Assembly (NCBI GenBank): GCA_977017645.1
Contig: OZ360223.1
Location: 204,352,001 to 204,416,000, forward strand
DNA: 64,000 nucleotides
DNA from: Torpedo marmorata
Taxonomy: Eukaryota
Direction of reading: 5' to 3'
Shown here: in pieces, positions 37,600-50,699 of the stretch
Layout: every line of letters starts with the position of its first letter
Numbering within the stretch: the stretch's first letter is position 1
Made by a program: the position numbers and the translations under genes
The notes under the pieces: generated by a model
Told to the model about the DNA's origin: nothing
Seen by the model: only the letters and a program-made list of their open reading frames with translations
Database searches by the model: none

Positions 37600-38600
37600 T
37601 GCAATAGAGAAACAGGCCATTCAGCCCAATCAGTCTGTATCATGGGTTGCACATCTGGAAGCAAATATTTGTAATAATATTTACCCACCTTGTTCCCTTA
37701 TCCCTTTATCCTCTTTTTGTTCATCTATCTATCTGACTCAGTCTCAAATATTGACATAGTTTCTGCCTTAACCACTAACCCTGAAAGTGAATTCCACAGC
37801 CTTATAACTCACCGTGTAAAGAAGTTTCCACTGGTCTTTGTTCTTAATCTTGTATCATGGTCCTTCACGGTTGACCCCTCAACGGTTGCAAGAAGTGTAC
37901 TTCTGTCTGTCCTTTGAGACACTTTCATAATTTTAGACAGTACTATCTTATCTACATGTAATTTGTATTCTACTCAAATTGATGACATTTTAAAATCTTT
38001 CTGCCCATTTATATATTTTCTTATCAGGTACCATCCAGTGATTCTGTATTTTAGCTGAAGACAAAAGCTTTAATATCCTGCTTATAGTTTGCAGCCCAGT
38101 ACTTTACACAGTCATCTAATTTAGATCCTATTAAATTTTTAAATAGGTTATCATTATCTCTTGTCTTTTATATCCCATACCTTGTGTGATAAAATCTAAA
38201 ATTGCATTAGCATTTTTTTTTTTACAGCCTCATCAACCTGAGATACTGCCTATTTCATCTTGTGAACCTGTTTTCCAACCCCACCAATTGCCTCTGCTGT
38301 GCCACAGTTCTAAGCCTGCTTCCATTCAGATTATAATTACTGGTGTTATTCACTTTTTTTACAAACTACATTTCCTCACACTTAGTGGCATTGAAATCCA
38401 CCTGTTGCAGCTTAGCTGTTGTTTTACTTTATTATAATTTCTTTTGAGTTTCATTTAGTCTCCTCTTGAATTAACAATATATCCTATGCTGATATCCTGT
38501 GAAGGTTTTAATACCTTATTGGGTGATATCCAAATTACTGATTTATGCAATGAACAAACATGCCCCCAGAACCAAAGAGTGCAAGATAGCAGTGATGATT
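37600..38600 (-). mobile_element. Old, heavily degraded CR1-type fragments
   Basis: CR1 3'-end signatures (ACAGGCCATTCAGCCC; GAATTCCACAG...GTAAAGAAGTT). Confidence 0.5.
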
Positions 38601-39149
38601 TGTAACCACTCTGAAGCAACTGTGACTGAGGAATTACAAAATAAAAAGATGAATAAGAGGAAAATTGGAATTAACGCCATGCCTTAGGGTGTATAGCGTC
38701 TGAAAAGGTGAGAACAGATTGTTTAAAGGTTTGTACTGTAAGGATAATCAGTAAATTATATTTGATATGTGTAATGGATTTCTGAAAAGGAGCATGCTGG
38801 TGAGTATAGGTTCAGGGAATAGATTATTTTCTCTGTTAAGTTATCAATTACTAAAAAATTACTATATAGAAAACAAGATAAATCAGATCTTCAGTATTTC
38901 ATTGACATGGATTATCTAATGTTTCTCGGATAATGTGTATGACCTTCCTAAAGATGTCAGTGGAGTGCCAAAATACACGGCTTTGCGCCGTATCTCTTCA
39001 GATCACTATCACTAAGGCTGATGGCTAAGGCTGTTACCTACAAGCTACTCTGATCTGTAGCTGTCGTTTTACCTCTGCCCTCATTCTCCAGCCAAGACCT
39101 TGCCAAACTGGGATGTGGAGTAGCAAGCACATGGCAATGGACAAGATGA

Positions 39150-39490
39150 TTGAAGATACAAGATTCCTTTATTGTCATGTAACAGCACAGAACATGTAAT
39201 ATTATACATGACATTGCCTTCTGCATTCCGTAAGGCAGACAAAGAGTCGGCATTAGTGTCGCCTAGCGCCCGTACAGTACGAGAGAAAGCGAAGCAAAAG
39301 AGAGTCTCTTCAGAGTCACTGAGTGTCTGTGAATTCACCTCCACTGCCCCCGCAGCTGCGGCAGCCGCACAGGTTCTTGTTCAAATCATTGGCAACCCGA
39401 GCTCCAGATCTAAACACGATCAGGAAGCCTTCAGTGCCCAAGGCCCTTCGGGATCCCTTCTTGCCCTCAGTGCCCTCTCGAATCCCGACA
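39150..39490 (-). mobile_element. Non-coding retroposon 3' fragment
   Basis: TTTATTGTCATG tail in reverse; similar to 17940-18238. Confidence 0.6.
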
Positions 39491-39844
39491 AGCTGTAGAG
39501 AGGGGAAAAATCAAAACTGTGAATCCATCAAGTCACTATTTGCTTTGAGAATGTGTAGAACGAAAGTAGACATTGTTGGCCCTGTTGAAATCCTTGTGTA
39601 CTTTTGCCATCTCCAGACTCCACTTTTTTTATTGATCAATTTGCTGGTTTCTGCCCTCCTTTAAAGTGAAGTTTATCTAAAATACTATTGGTTGTTGGCT
39701 GTATTCCTATTCCACAAATCCCATACATGTATTTTTTTTTAACTCTTTCTCAACTCACCCAAAAGAAAATAACAAAAAACATGTGTGAGACTATCGGATT
39801 TTAGAAACAATGGAATATAAGAACAATCTTCATGAATCACTGGT

Positions 39845-40400
39845 TCAACCCCAGCTAGAATATTGGGCCCAGATGTGGGCAGCATATTTGAGGAAGGATG
39901 TGAAGGCCTTGGAGTGATTGTGAAAGCAATTTACTGGAATGATTCCAGGAATAAATGATTGCAGAGTTACGCAGGTAAACTGGAAAAGCTGGGAATATTC
40001 TCCGTGACACAGAGGAAATTGAGAAGGGGATTTGATAAAGGTACCGGTATTTAAAATTTTGACGAATTCATGAAAATCATGAACCATGAGGAGGAGGTAA
40101 AATAAACTGTTCATATTGACATGAGTGTCAAGAACCAGGGGACACTGGACAAAAGTGATTGGCAGAAGAACAAAGAGTGATATAAGAAAAGATTTTGATG
40201 CAGCAAGCAGTTAGAATCTGGAATGCACAGCCTAGGGTAATATTGGAAGCAAATTGATCAAATAAGGGAACAGGATGTGTACCTGAAAGAAAAGAAAATG
40301 CAGGGCTGTGGAGGGATGGCAAGTGTGGTATGAGCTGGAGTGCACTAGCATAGAGTCCATATGGACTCAGTAGTCTGAGTGGTACCTTATCTACTGTAAA
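39845..40400 (+). mobile_element. CR1 3' fragment
   Basis: PQLEYWAQMWAAYLRKDVKALE coding remnant followed by a CR1-type 3' region. Confidence 0.7.
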
Positions 40401-43400
40401 AACCCTGTGTTCTCTGATTAAATTATACTCTTTCGTCAATTTGGCCTCCTAAACTTCATTGGCTGTCTGTCTTCTTTTGCCTAAAATTGAGAACCATTCT
40501 TATCTACAAATCACTGAAATGGTATGATCTATAGATTACCACTGGACTTCTCAATTACTTTACAATCCATCCCATCAATACTTCATAAGTAAATCACGAA
40601 AATCTGTAGACACCGTGGTTGAAGTAAAAAACACAAATGCTGGAGAAATTCAGCAGGTCAAACAGTGCCTTTTATGTAGCAAAGGTAGAAATACATAACT
40701 GACGAATACTTCATCTTTGGTGTTCTGCGTGTGCCTTTCATCTTTATTGTCTTTCAAGAGTGTGAGGAAGAGAGCAAGCACTTGCGGCCAGGGCAAAGAT
40801 CTGTGTCAGAACCCCGACATTGCAGAATTAACACTTATTGCAAATCACAGTTTAGGTTAGGCTTTAATGATGACCTTTCAGGCTATGTACTCTGAATGCA
40901 AGTTATGGTGCAAAAAATTACTAAATAAGAATGTATGGAGTAAAGTTATGGCCAGAAAACCTCTAGAAACTGGATATGTTCAATAACTGGGGAATTTTTA
41001 ATTAATGGTGCACAACACAATGGTTCATAGCATTTTCAACAAACATTCCTTACTTAATTTTAATCAAGCAACTTGCTCTTTTTCATTCAAAGCTGAGCAG
41101 ATCCAACAATGAAATGTAAAATTCATCACATATATTATCAAACACTCTGGTATCACAAGCAGACATTTTAACAATCCAAGTTCATGTTAAACTCCATTTT
41201 TGCATTTTTTAAAGCAGTTCTCATTTAATGGAAGTTAAGATAATTGCAAATTCATGTGCTCTGCTTTATATTTTGCACGTTATAGATTCAATCTCATAAC
41301 CTGCCTATTTTTTTTCCAAATTCTAAAATGACCTTGTTATTCAACACTGCCAAGGATGGAGAACAGATATTAGAAAAACCTAAGTGACCTGAGCAGTGAT
41401 GAAAGGCCTTGCAGGGTTAAACTGATCAACCTTGCATTTGGTGATTCATAGGAGTAACCAGAACAAACCACGATTTGACTCATTGTGCAAATTCATCTTT
41501 GTTCTGTAGATTAGGGTTCTGGAAACCAGTAAGAATTGAATGTTACTGGTTCCAAATAAATGCAGCTTTGTTAAGTCGGTGGTTAACTCTGAGCATTCTT
41601 TGAGATTGACAATTTCATGAAATTAAAACTTAATCAAGCATGGTTGTGTTATATCTTTGAATAATTTAAAAGTCAACCGTTCCCTTAAAAGTGTGGACTC
41701 ACAATGTGGATAAGATTGATGTTGATTTAGCCAGTCATTTTAAATCTTTACTCTATCAAATACAGCTGTTTGAGTTTATAATATTTTAAGAAAGTATTTT
41801 AAATGTTTTCTCTCAAGTTTGTCATTCAGAAAAGAGTTTAGAGATGAGATTTAAATAGACAAAACATAGCTTTTTCAAGGAGCCGCATCAAGCTACACTG
41901 AATACACCCTCTGTAGTTGGAATTAATCTGCAGGCCGTTCAAACCTTTGTCCCTAGCTGTAAGTCTGTGGTTTTATTAACTCTGTTTGGAGAGTGTCAAA
42001 AGAGTTTTAAAGACATTCCACTGAACTTAAATTGGCTTTAACACCACATGTCATACAGTAGCAACATTACAATGCACTGCGGCTATAATATGGTAGATCG
42101 AGTCAACAACTCCAAATTTGAAGAAAACTTTCAACAAAGGGAAAGAAACTTGAAGGTAAGTTAAAAATTTGTCCACACAATCTTCTTAAATTGCTCACAG
42201 TAAATATGCTTAGTGAACCAATTAATTTTGTTAACATTCACTACTGACTGCATCTATGATTGGGGAAAAAAAAGTTTAGTTCTTGAATGCCGAGTACTGC
42301 ATTTTCACAGACAGTTACATTTTCACTACATTCCATACAATTCAGGAGTGACACGTTTGCATCTTGAGGTATGCTTTTAAAATACTGCATCGTCACATAA
42401 TGATGTTACCAATGAAATAAGTTATTTACGACTAGTTTTTATGAAATCATTTTAAAATTGCTTTTTAGCCTTTTACATTGCTGTGATGCCTCTTTCTGTG
42501 TTGTAAATGTGTATAATTCCATGCATTTTGATGAGGAAATGCAATAATCCAAGAGATATTCCCCTGGCCATTAGGTAATTAGTCTTTAAATACTGTATAC
42601 CTCCAAAATTCTTTCTAATTCAATATTAACAAGTAATAGATTATTTTTGTTTGTTTCTTAATTAATTTATTTTTTCAGAAATACTTTGAAGTTTGGGCAA
42701 AAAATATTGATATAATTTTTTTAATAATTTTTTTTTGCTTAACATAGTGTTTAACATATTTCAGATGGCCACGAATGATAATTTTTAAGACTGTATTATC
42801 TTAAAAGATTTCCAGTAAAGATACTTCAGGGAATTTGTCCAACTTACTAAAATGTGGAGCTTATATTTTAATTAACTGATCATCAATCTAAAAAGAGGAT
42901 GAATATGTATTATTATAATGATTATCAGCTTTGCCTTGTCCTTAATATTATCACATGTAACAAAAGTTTCTTGTACCTCCTATTTGAAAGAAATGAGGTA
43001 TCACAATTTTCTTCAGAAAAGTCAACAGAAGAATTAATTTTCATTCCACACAATTTAATGAAGACCATGCAGGATAAGAAATAATAACCATACTTTTCAT
43101 TAAAATTAGGTTGGTTAAATTAATGGAGTTTTCAAAATGAATATAGGCTTGCTGTCTGATACCATTGAGTTCATGACCAGTTCAATAATGGCAAGACTAA
43201 AACAGCTTTGCCTTGAAATTAGATCATGTTGCACTGTGTATTTTAGTGCTGTGCTATTGAAAATGAATTTATGTTGGAGTGGAACACAATAACCATCATT
43301 TCCAGGTCATGTTGCATCGCTCTGGGTAGTTGAACTGGCTCTTGCTGGTGTGCATCACGCGCGCTCATCTGATGTGATTTCTGCATCATGTACGGATCAG

Positions 43401-46400
43401 TCATATCATTCTCCATGCAATGCCCCTGGTTGATCATTAGAGGAGAAATTAAATCAAGTTATCCTGCAAGTGACCAACACTTCACAGTACTGCCCACAGC
43501 CACTGCCGAACCCCTAATCACCCACAGTACCCATAAATGATCTCCCCATCCCCAAATTTCCACCAATTTTGACCGTGTCCCAATGGATGCCCCAGTCTCC
43601 ACTCCCTGGGCATCTATGTGACAATTGCCTTTAAAGGGGCCTCTCCTGTCCCACCATCAGCCATTTATCTTGTCACAAACTCCGCCCCCAATTGGCCTAC
43701 AGCTGCTGTTACCTTCTACTGACATTGGTCCCAGGTGACACATTTTTGCTCCAGAGAAAAGTTCATTATGTATCAGTTAAGGTTGTTGGCGCTTCAGTGT
43801 TACACCCACTTATGGCACATTAATATTTCTAAGGCCCTGAACTTTACAAGAGCAGTGACCAAAATAAATGTAAACTGTCCATTGAAAACTTGGAGGAATG
43901 ATTGCAAAAAAAAAATCCTATGTGCAATATTTCATTAAAAACTTTCCTAAACACATTTGACAAACTTAGAGTGTTATGGTTTGACTTCCGATTCAAGGCC
44001 ACCGTCACTGACATGCTTCTAAAGAAGGCATTGAAAGTTGAGGAGCCTTCAGTTGGCTTTGGGGTTGAAATATTTCCTGCTGTTTATTGTGAGTGTAGAT
44101 TGGATTGTAGAGGTTGTTGCTACCTGAAGCAAGTTAAAGATAAGACATAGTTCAAGACCTGGACTGAAGATCCAGTGAAGGTTGCAGGACACAGAAGCTG
44201 GGCACTATCTGAAACCTGGAGCAGTTATGAATTGTTAGATCAAAGGAAGTATTAGTGTTGTCAATCGGAAAATTTAGAATTCAGTTCTGCAGTTGATTAA
44301 TGAAATAATCAAAATTAATCAATCAAATTTAATGATCATGTTTGCTTGTTAGTTATTGGAAAGTTTTTATTGGTTAATCAAACAGTACAATTTCTGAAAA
44401 CCGAAATCTTCCCTTTGAGTAATGAAAAATTTGGCAGTTCTAGTAGGGATATAAATAATCAAAAAATGTTTATTGCATTCTGCATGGGTGGCTAGGAAAA
44501 AAATATGAAAATAATAAAATTAAATGGATTTCTTCTTGAATTTGTGACACAAGTGTGACTGAAAATCATAAGCCATTTGCTAGCAGCTTCTTGGTTTGTA
44601 AATTGCAGGAGGATTCAAGAGTTAAAAATAACATGTTGGTCTGTGCTGTGAATCTGAGATGTTGGCTTATGAAGCTCAGCTCTCATCTCTTTGAACACGG
44701 AGAGAAATCCTGAAGTTCTAATTTCTTGCTCACTTGACAGATTGGAGAGCAGTGAAATACTGGGACGGACTCCCACTGAGACAACACAACTATAACCAGG
44801 AGATAGTTTGTGTAGCAATTGTTTGAGCTGACCCTCAAAAGCTCCTGATCTGCAACCGTGAAATCTCTAATCTCATGGTGGAAGGAGGGAGGAGTAGAAT
44901 TCACACATGCCCCCGACAAAAAAATTATTGGAATCATGGCTTATCTTGTCTATTCATATGCCTTCATCTGAAGCAGAAATTTAGTGTATCATGGATTTGT
45001 TCTTTGTTTATTTTTAAGATATTCTGTGAACAAACTAAAAAATTCAATACGTTAAGTAGATTAGAATTTACTAAAAGCGTATCTGTATCTTTAAAGAAAA
45101 GTTTAGAATGAAAACATTGCTATTCAAATATATTGGATGTGCAAAAAGGCACAAAGAAATTCTAAATTATTAGATTCAAATTATTCAGGATGAAAATAAT
45201 AAATAATTTATTTAAAGTTCTTTATCTTTTGATTCATTTTGATCAAACATAAAATCTAAGACAATAATAAATATGTAATTGGTAGTTTGGCAATGATTCA
45301 GAGGTCAAAGTTACCTTATAAGGTTGTAAAAAAAACAATCCAGCAGTAATACGATTTTCATCCCAAAATCTTTAACCATGACCAACATTCAAGATCATCA
45401 TCTGGTTGCATTGCGTCTAAACATTAAATTCTTGTCTATATATTTATTTCTATTCAACCATTTTTATATAAAATCACTTCTCTCTGTTGTGTAAACAAAT
45501 GTTTGAGCTGTTGAGTGAAAAAAAAAGAAGAAAATAAAGCTGACTGCAGATGGTGTGGTGTTTTTGATGGCCTTCATGCAACCAAAGGGTGTTTCCCCTC
45601 CTCTTCCTCTATTGTGCAGAAGTTTCTTGAGTGGGTGTGAACGTTTTCCCCTGTCTCACTTTGTCTTTTTCTCCTCAATGCACACTTTCAAGCCTTTCCC
45701 CTTGTTAAATCCAGTGTGCAGTGCTGTGAATTAAAAATGAGTTGGGAGAGATGCTATAAAATAAACTCCCTGGAATTGTGGGTGGTCATCAATAACTGAG
45801 ACAAAGGTAAACCTAAAAAACAAGACACAGAAAAAAAAACCCACAATTTATAAGAAGAGAAAAGATCTGCCTGAAATGTATTTTGTTTGCAGCTAGAATT
45901 ACTTTCAAGGATGTTTCAATCTTAGTCTGGCATTAACATGCAATATGCCATGGATTGAGCATCAAAAGGTTTTTAAGCACAGAATTTCAGTGGGTGTTTT
46001 GTGTGTGTCTGCAGCATAAATAATGGTAACTTTATGGTTATTAGGTGCATGTGAAGACACAGTGGCATACAAGCGAAGAACACCAGCTCGCCTTCAAAAG
46101 AAACAGCCTGGCATAAAATGTTCTGATAATTGCATTACTGTGGGGTTTAGTCTTTTTTTTGTGTCTGATTTGTCCCTTAAGCCAGCGTAACGCTTCTGCT
46201 GCTGAAGGAGAATGTGAACTGCAAATCGTAGGCAGAGCGTGAATGACACTACATGGTACACTGCTGCTTTCTTTTTTTTTTTTAAATTTCTCTCTGGTTT
46301 CTCTCCACCGCCACTCAGCTTCAGATAACTCCCTATTTTATTTCCGAGTTCTTTCTTGCTATTTGCCCACATGCAAGCAAACACAAAATAAGAATCTTCA

Positions 46401-49400
46401 CAAACTGGGTATGTGTGATTCAGTGTCAAGTTGAACTTGTATATTACAATTGGCAGCTACCTCAACCTCATAACAAGGAGATATTGCATCTCTCATCTGA
46501 AGAGGGTTCCTTGCATTTGAAGTGTTGGTTTTGGGATAGGTTAAGAGGGGCCACAACAACATGAGGATTTCAAGCCACCTATCCATCTATAATGTGACAA
46601 GCTGTTGATTTTTCTTGCAGGCCATGTGAATTTATTCAACAAGGCTTTTCCCAAATCTTTTTGCACCAGAAAAGGATTATCAAAATTTATTAAAAGTTTG
46701 TAATAGGGCAAATTATATTTGAAGATTACAATTAGTAATAATTGAAAGAATCTTAGAATAGAAATCTTTGTCTTTTAATAGGTTCGTGAAATTGATATTT
46801 CAGTATAATTTCTGTGCAAGTATTTCTACTAATTTTAATTAATTTGCTTCATGCTTCCCGAACAATGAAAGGAAAATCAGGAAACTGATGACTGTTAAAT
46901 ATAAATTATTTTCCTTAAGTAGACAAAGTGTAAGATATGCTGTACATTATAACAATTTCATTTATCGCACAATAATTACTGAAGCTTTCAGGGTGGTGTC
47001 AATCCATGTAGAACTGGATACTCCCAAAGTGAATACAGGAAATTTGAAACTAGCTGATTTCAATATGGGTGGTTGTGGGAATACTATAATAGCCTATCAA
47101 AGCCCTATGCTAGGATAAATACCATCCAACTTCCTGCCTCAAATTATTGTTTAGGAAAGAGAATGTGCATAAATTCAAATTGGGTACAATGGTCAAATTT
47201 AATTAGCTTGGCATCTTTTACTGTACAAAATCACAAATAGTGAATGGCCATTCTGTATGGTGCCAGAGCCTATCTATGGAAACACAGCACAATATGAGTG
47301 GTTGCATTGAGACCAGAAGGGAAGAAAAGAAGAAAAGGCTGTGTATTTCAATTTAAACATTTCTGCTGTCAATAAGTCATGCTATAAATCAACTTGCATT
47401 ACTGACTGAATGTTTTAGATTTCTTGTAACATTGAATCAGATATATACTTTATATTCATGCACAGCATGTGGCATCACCAGGAGGGCTACCACTTATTGC
47501 CCATCCTTAATCACCTTTGAGAAGATAGTACTGAGCTCCCTTCTTGAATAATTCTAGTTCTTGTGCTGAAAGTGCTAATGAGAGAATTGTTGATTTAAAA
47601 AGCAATGGACACAGCATAATATTTTCAGTTGTGTGGAGCTTCAAAATTGGAAGAGCATTTTTAAAAATTTCATAAGACTGATTAAAACTCCAAGCATTTA
47701 GACCCATTTCCCCATTACACTTCTTGCTTTTTCTTAATGTTGACATCAGATTTGCTTTATCTTAACCACTGATTTCTGCAGGTTAAAGCGTTGACGTAAA
47801 CTGTTACATGCTGTCAGACATTGTCCGCCACTCAACCAGCACCACCACAGAGATACACGGGTAATAATGTTTCATTCATTCCATTTCAATATAGTTCATG
47901 CTTGCATGATTTGTAAAATGTGGCAGATTACTTTCAAATGCAGGCCAGACTTTGAAAGTACTGTTGATATTTTTTTACTGATTTATAAAAAAAAATGAGT
48001 AGCTACAATACAGATTGATGCCATTAATGACAAAATATAAATGCTTAAAAATTGCACTTTATTTATTCAAAATTTTATTCTTTTTCACTCTTTCACTTTT
48101 TCACTCTGTTCCAAACACTCTAATGTTATATCCATTAAAATAATTTAACAGTTAGAATAATAAATTTTAAAAAAAGAAAGAAGACATGGAATATTTGTGA
48201 GTGTGTTGGTTATGCTCTACTCCAATAACATCTGCAATCATAAGTCAAATTTGAGAAACAAACTATCATTCTATTTCTTTGAATAAAGTTATGTTCTGGA
48301 AAAATAATCGGACCACATACTGGATTGTGTGTATTTAAGGTTAAGGTCTATAATCAGAGTGGATTGAAGATTATCAAGTCAGAGGGTGCTGAAATGCCAC
48401 CAAAGTTTTCTGCCAAAGTGGCCATCACGCCTTGACAGTCATAATGTGGCCTGTCTTCTGACCCTTAAATGCACTCAAAAGGATCAGGTTTTCTGTATTA
48501 TCCAAGAGCTTGAAAAGGACCAAGTAAAATGGGGCTTTTGTCAATTCTCTCGCTTTCTCTCTTTTTAAAAAAAAATCTAGTGATGACTTCTGTTTTTTTA
48601 TTGGTATGGAGACAGTAGTGACTGACTGTTAGCGAGCCATCTGTGCCAGCGTTTAGGTCACTGCATGTAAAAACTGTACAGTGCTTGGAAAAGAAATCTT
48701 TTTAATTGCTCAAATTTAATGCATTAATTCTTTTGTTTGCCCCTTGCTTTTTGTGGGCAAAACACTAAATTTCAGCTTGTCAAAAGATTATTTTATTAAA
48801 TTTGCATTTATTTTACTTCCAATTTTTGTTATTTGTTTCATTCCCCTCCCTCTTGTGCCCTATTTTATTTGTCGTTGCAGACAATTCACTACAACATGTG
48901 CTCTTCCAACAGGCAGTGCTGGGTGATATGGGATTTTGTTAACTTCTCCCTGACTAACAATGCTCCCCTTTGTCAATAGGCTTATGAGATAGATAGAAAA
49001 TCTTACTTTTTGCTGAATCTAAATGCATTGGCTTATAAACACCAGTACACCTTAATATTCACATTAGATGGTCACAGCAGCATCCCACCAATGTATTGTT
49101 AGTCATGGGTCGACAAGAACTAATTTCAGTGGTGCCTGAGACTGCACTGAATGGGTGTTACATTCTCTCACATTCAAACATGTGCTGCCTGACCCAGTGG
49201 ATTGAGGAATAGGAGTTGTTTGCTGAGGATTAAGGCCTCTTATCCCAGGCATCATTTTGGAGAGCACATAGTAGCCTCTAAGGCCAAATTACATCTTCCT
49301 TTTAGGATGGAGATCAAAACTGCACATGATGCTGTAAATGTGATCAGCTCAAAGTCCAATATGTTTGCAACAAGATTTCCATATTCTTGCACTCCAACTC

Positions 49401-50699
49401 CTTGGGACCAAAGAACAATATACATTTTACATAGAATAAACACGACAGCACAGGAACAGGCCCTTTAGCCCATGATGTCAAATTAAACTAATCCCATCTC
49501 CCTGCATGTGATTCAATGCCCTCCATTCCCTGCATGTTCACATGCCTATCTAAATGCCTTTGTTTTCCTAATTACTTGACATACCTGCTCACTTTCTGTG
49601 AGCAGGTGGCTGGGTACCCATATTGCCCTGAGCAGGAACATTTAATAGTTCCACATCATTTAACTGTTTTCTCCAGTTCTTCCTAACAAAACGATTAACC
49701 ATTTATCTCCAAACACATATACATTAATGATTTAGTTTTAGTAGAAAGGACAAAGTATAATGAAGTTTACATTGAATCTTTTGATATCTTACTTATAGCA
49801 ACCTGCCAAATGACGGCTTTATTCTGTTTTCTGTCCCTTAACCAATCCTCCCCAAACATTAATGCCTATTTTCTCAATCCTGCAAATCCTTATATTGCAT
49901 CAATGGCTTTTCACTTTAATGAATGTTTTTTATAAATCTTGATTTACTGCATTCCCTAATTCCGTCCACCATGCTGTTACATCCTCCGAAAACATTATTA
50001 TTTTGTCAAGCTAAGTTATTCCTTCAGAGAACCATGCTGACTCTGTCCAATCAAATTATGATTTCTTCGTGCACTGATTTCACTTCCTTAACAATTATGA
50101 ACTGGACTGCAGTTCACTCTCTATTTTCTCTTTCCCTCCTTTATGGATTAGCAGTGCTGCATTTGGCACATTTAAATGGTTCAAAGATAAGGAATTCTGG
50201 AAGATTATCACTAATGCATAGATTCTTTCTGCAACCACCTCTTTTAAAATCCTAGGATGTTGGCCATCAGATCCAGTAGATTTAATGACCTTAATGACCT
50301 TACATTTCTTTATTATCTACATTTTTTGACGAATATTATTTTCTTTAACTACCCAACTCTTGGCTCTTTGACTCCTCAACATTTCTTGTATGCTATTTGT
50401 GATCGTCCAGACATATGCAAATATTTGTTTAATGTCTCAGTCACTTTCTTATTTTCTAATATCATATCTCCTCTCTCAAATGGGAAGAGATCCAAGTTTG
50501 ATTCCACTACTCTTACAATCTATATACTTGTTGAATTTCTTAGAACCTTTATTCTTCTGGCAACTTACTCTTGCAGTTCCTCTTGAACCATGGTGGTATT
50601 TATTGTAAAGGCATTCTGGTATTGTCATGGCTAGGAATTCTAGGATTTAAACCCAACAATAAAGAAGGAATGACAATACATATTGAAGTTGGATGATTT

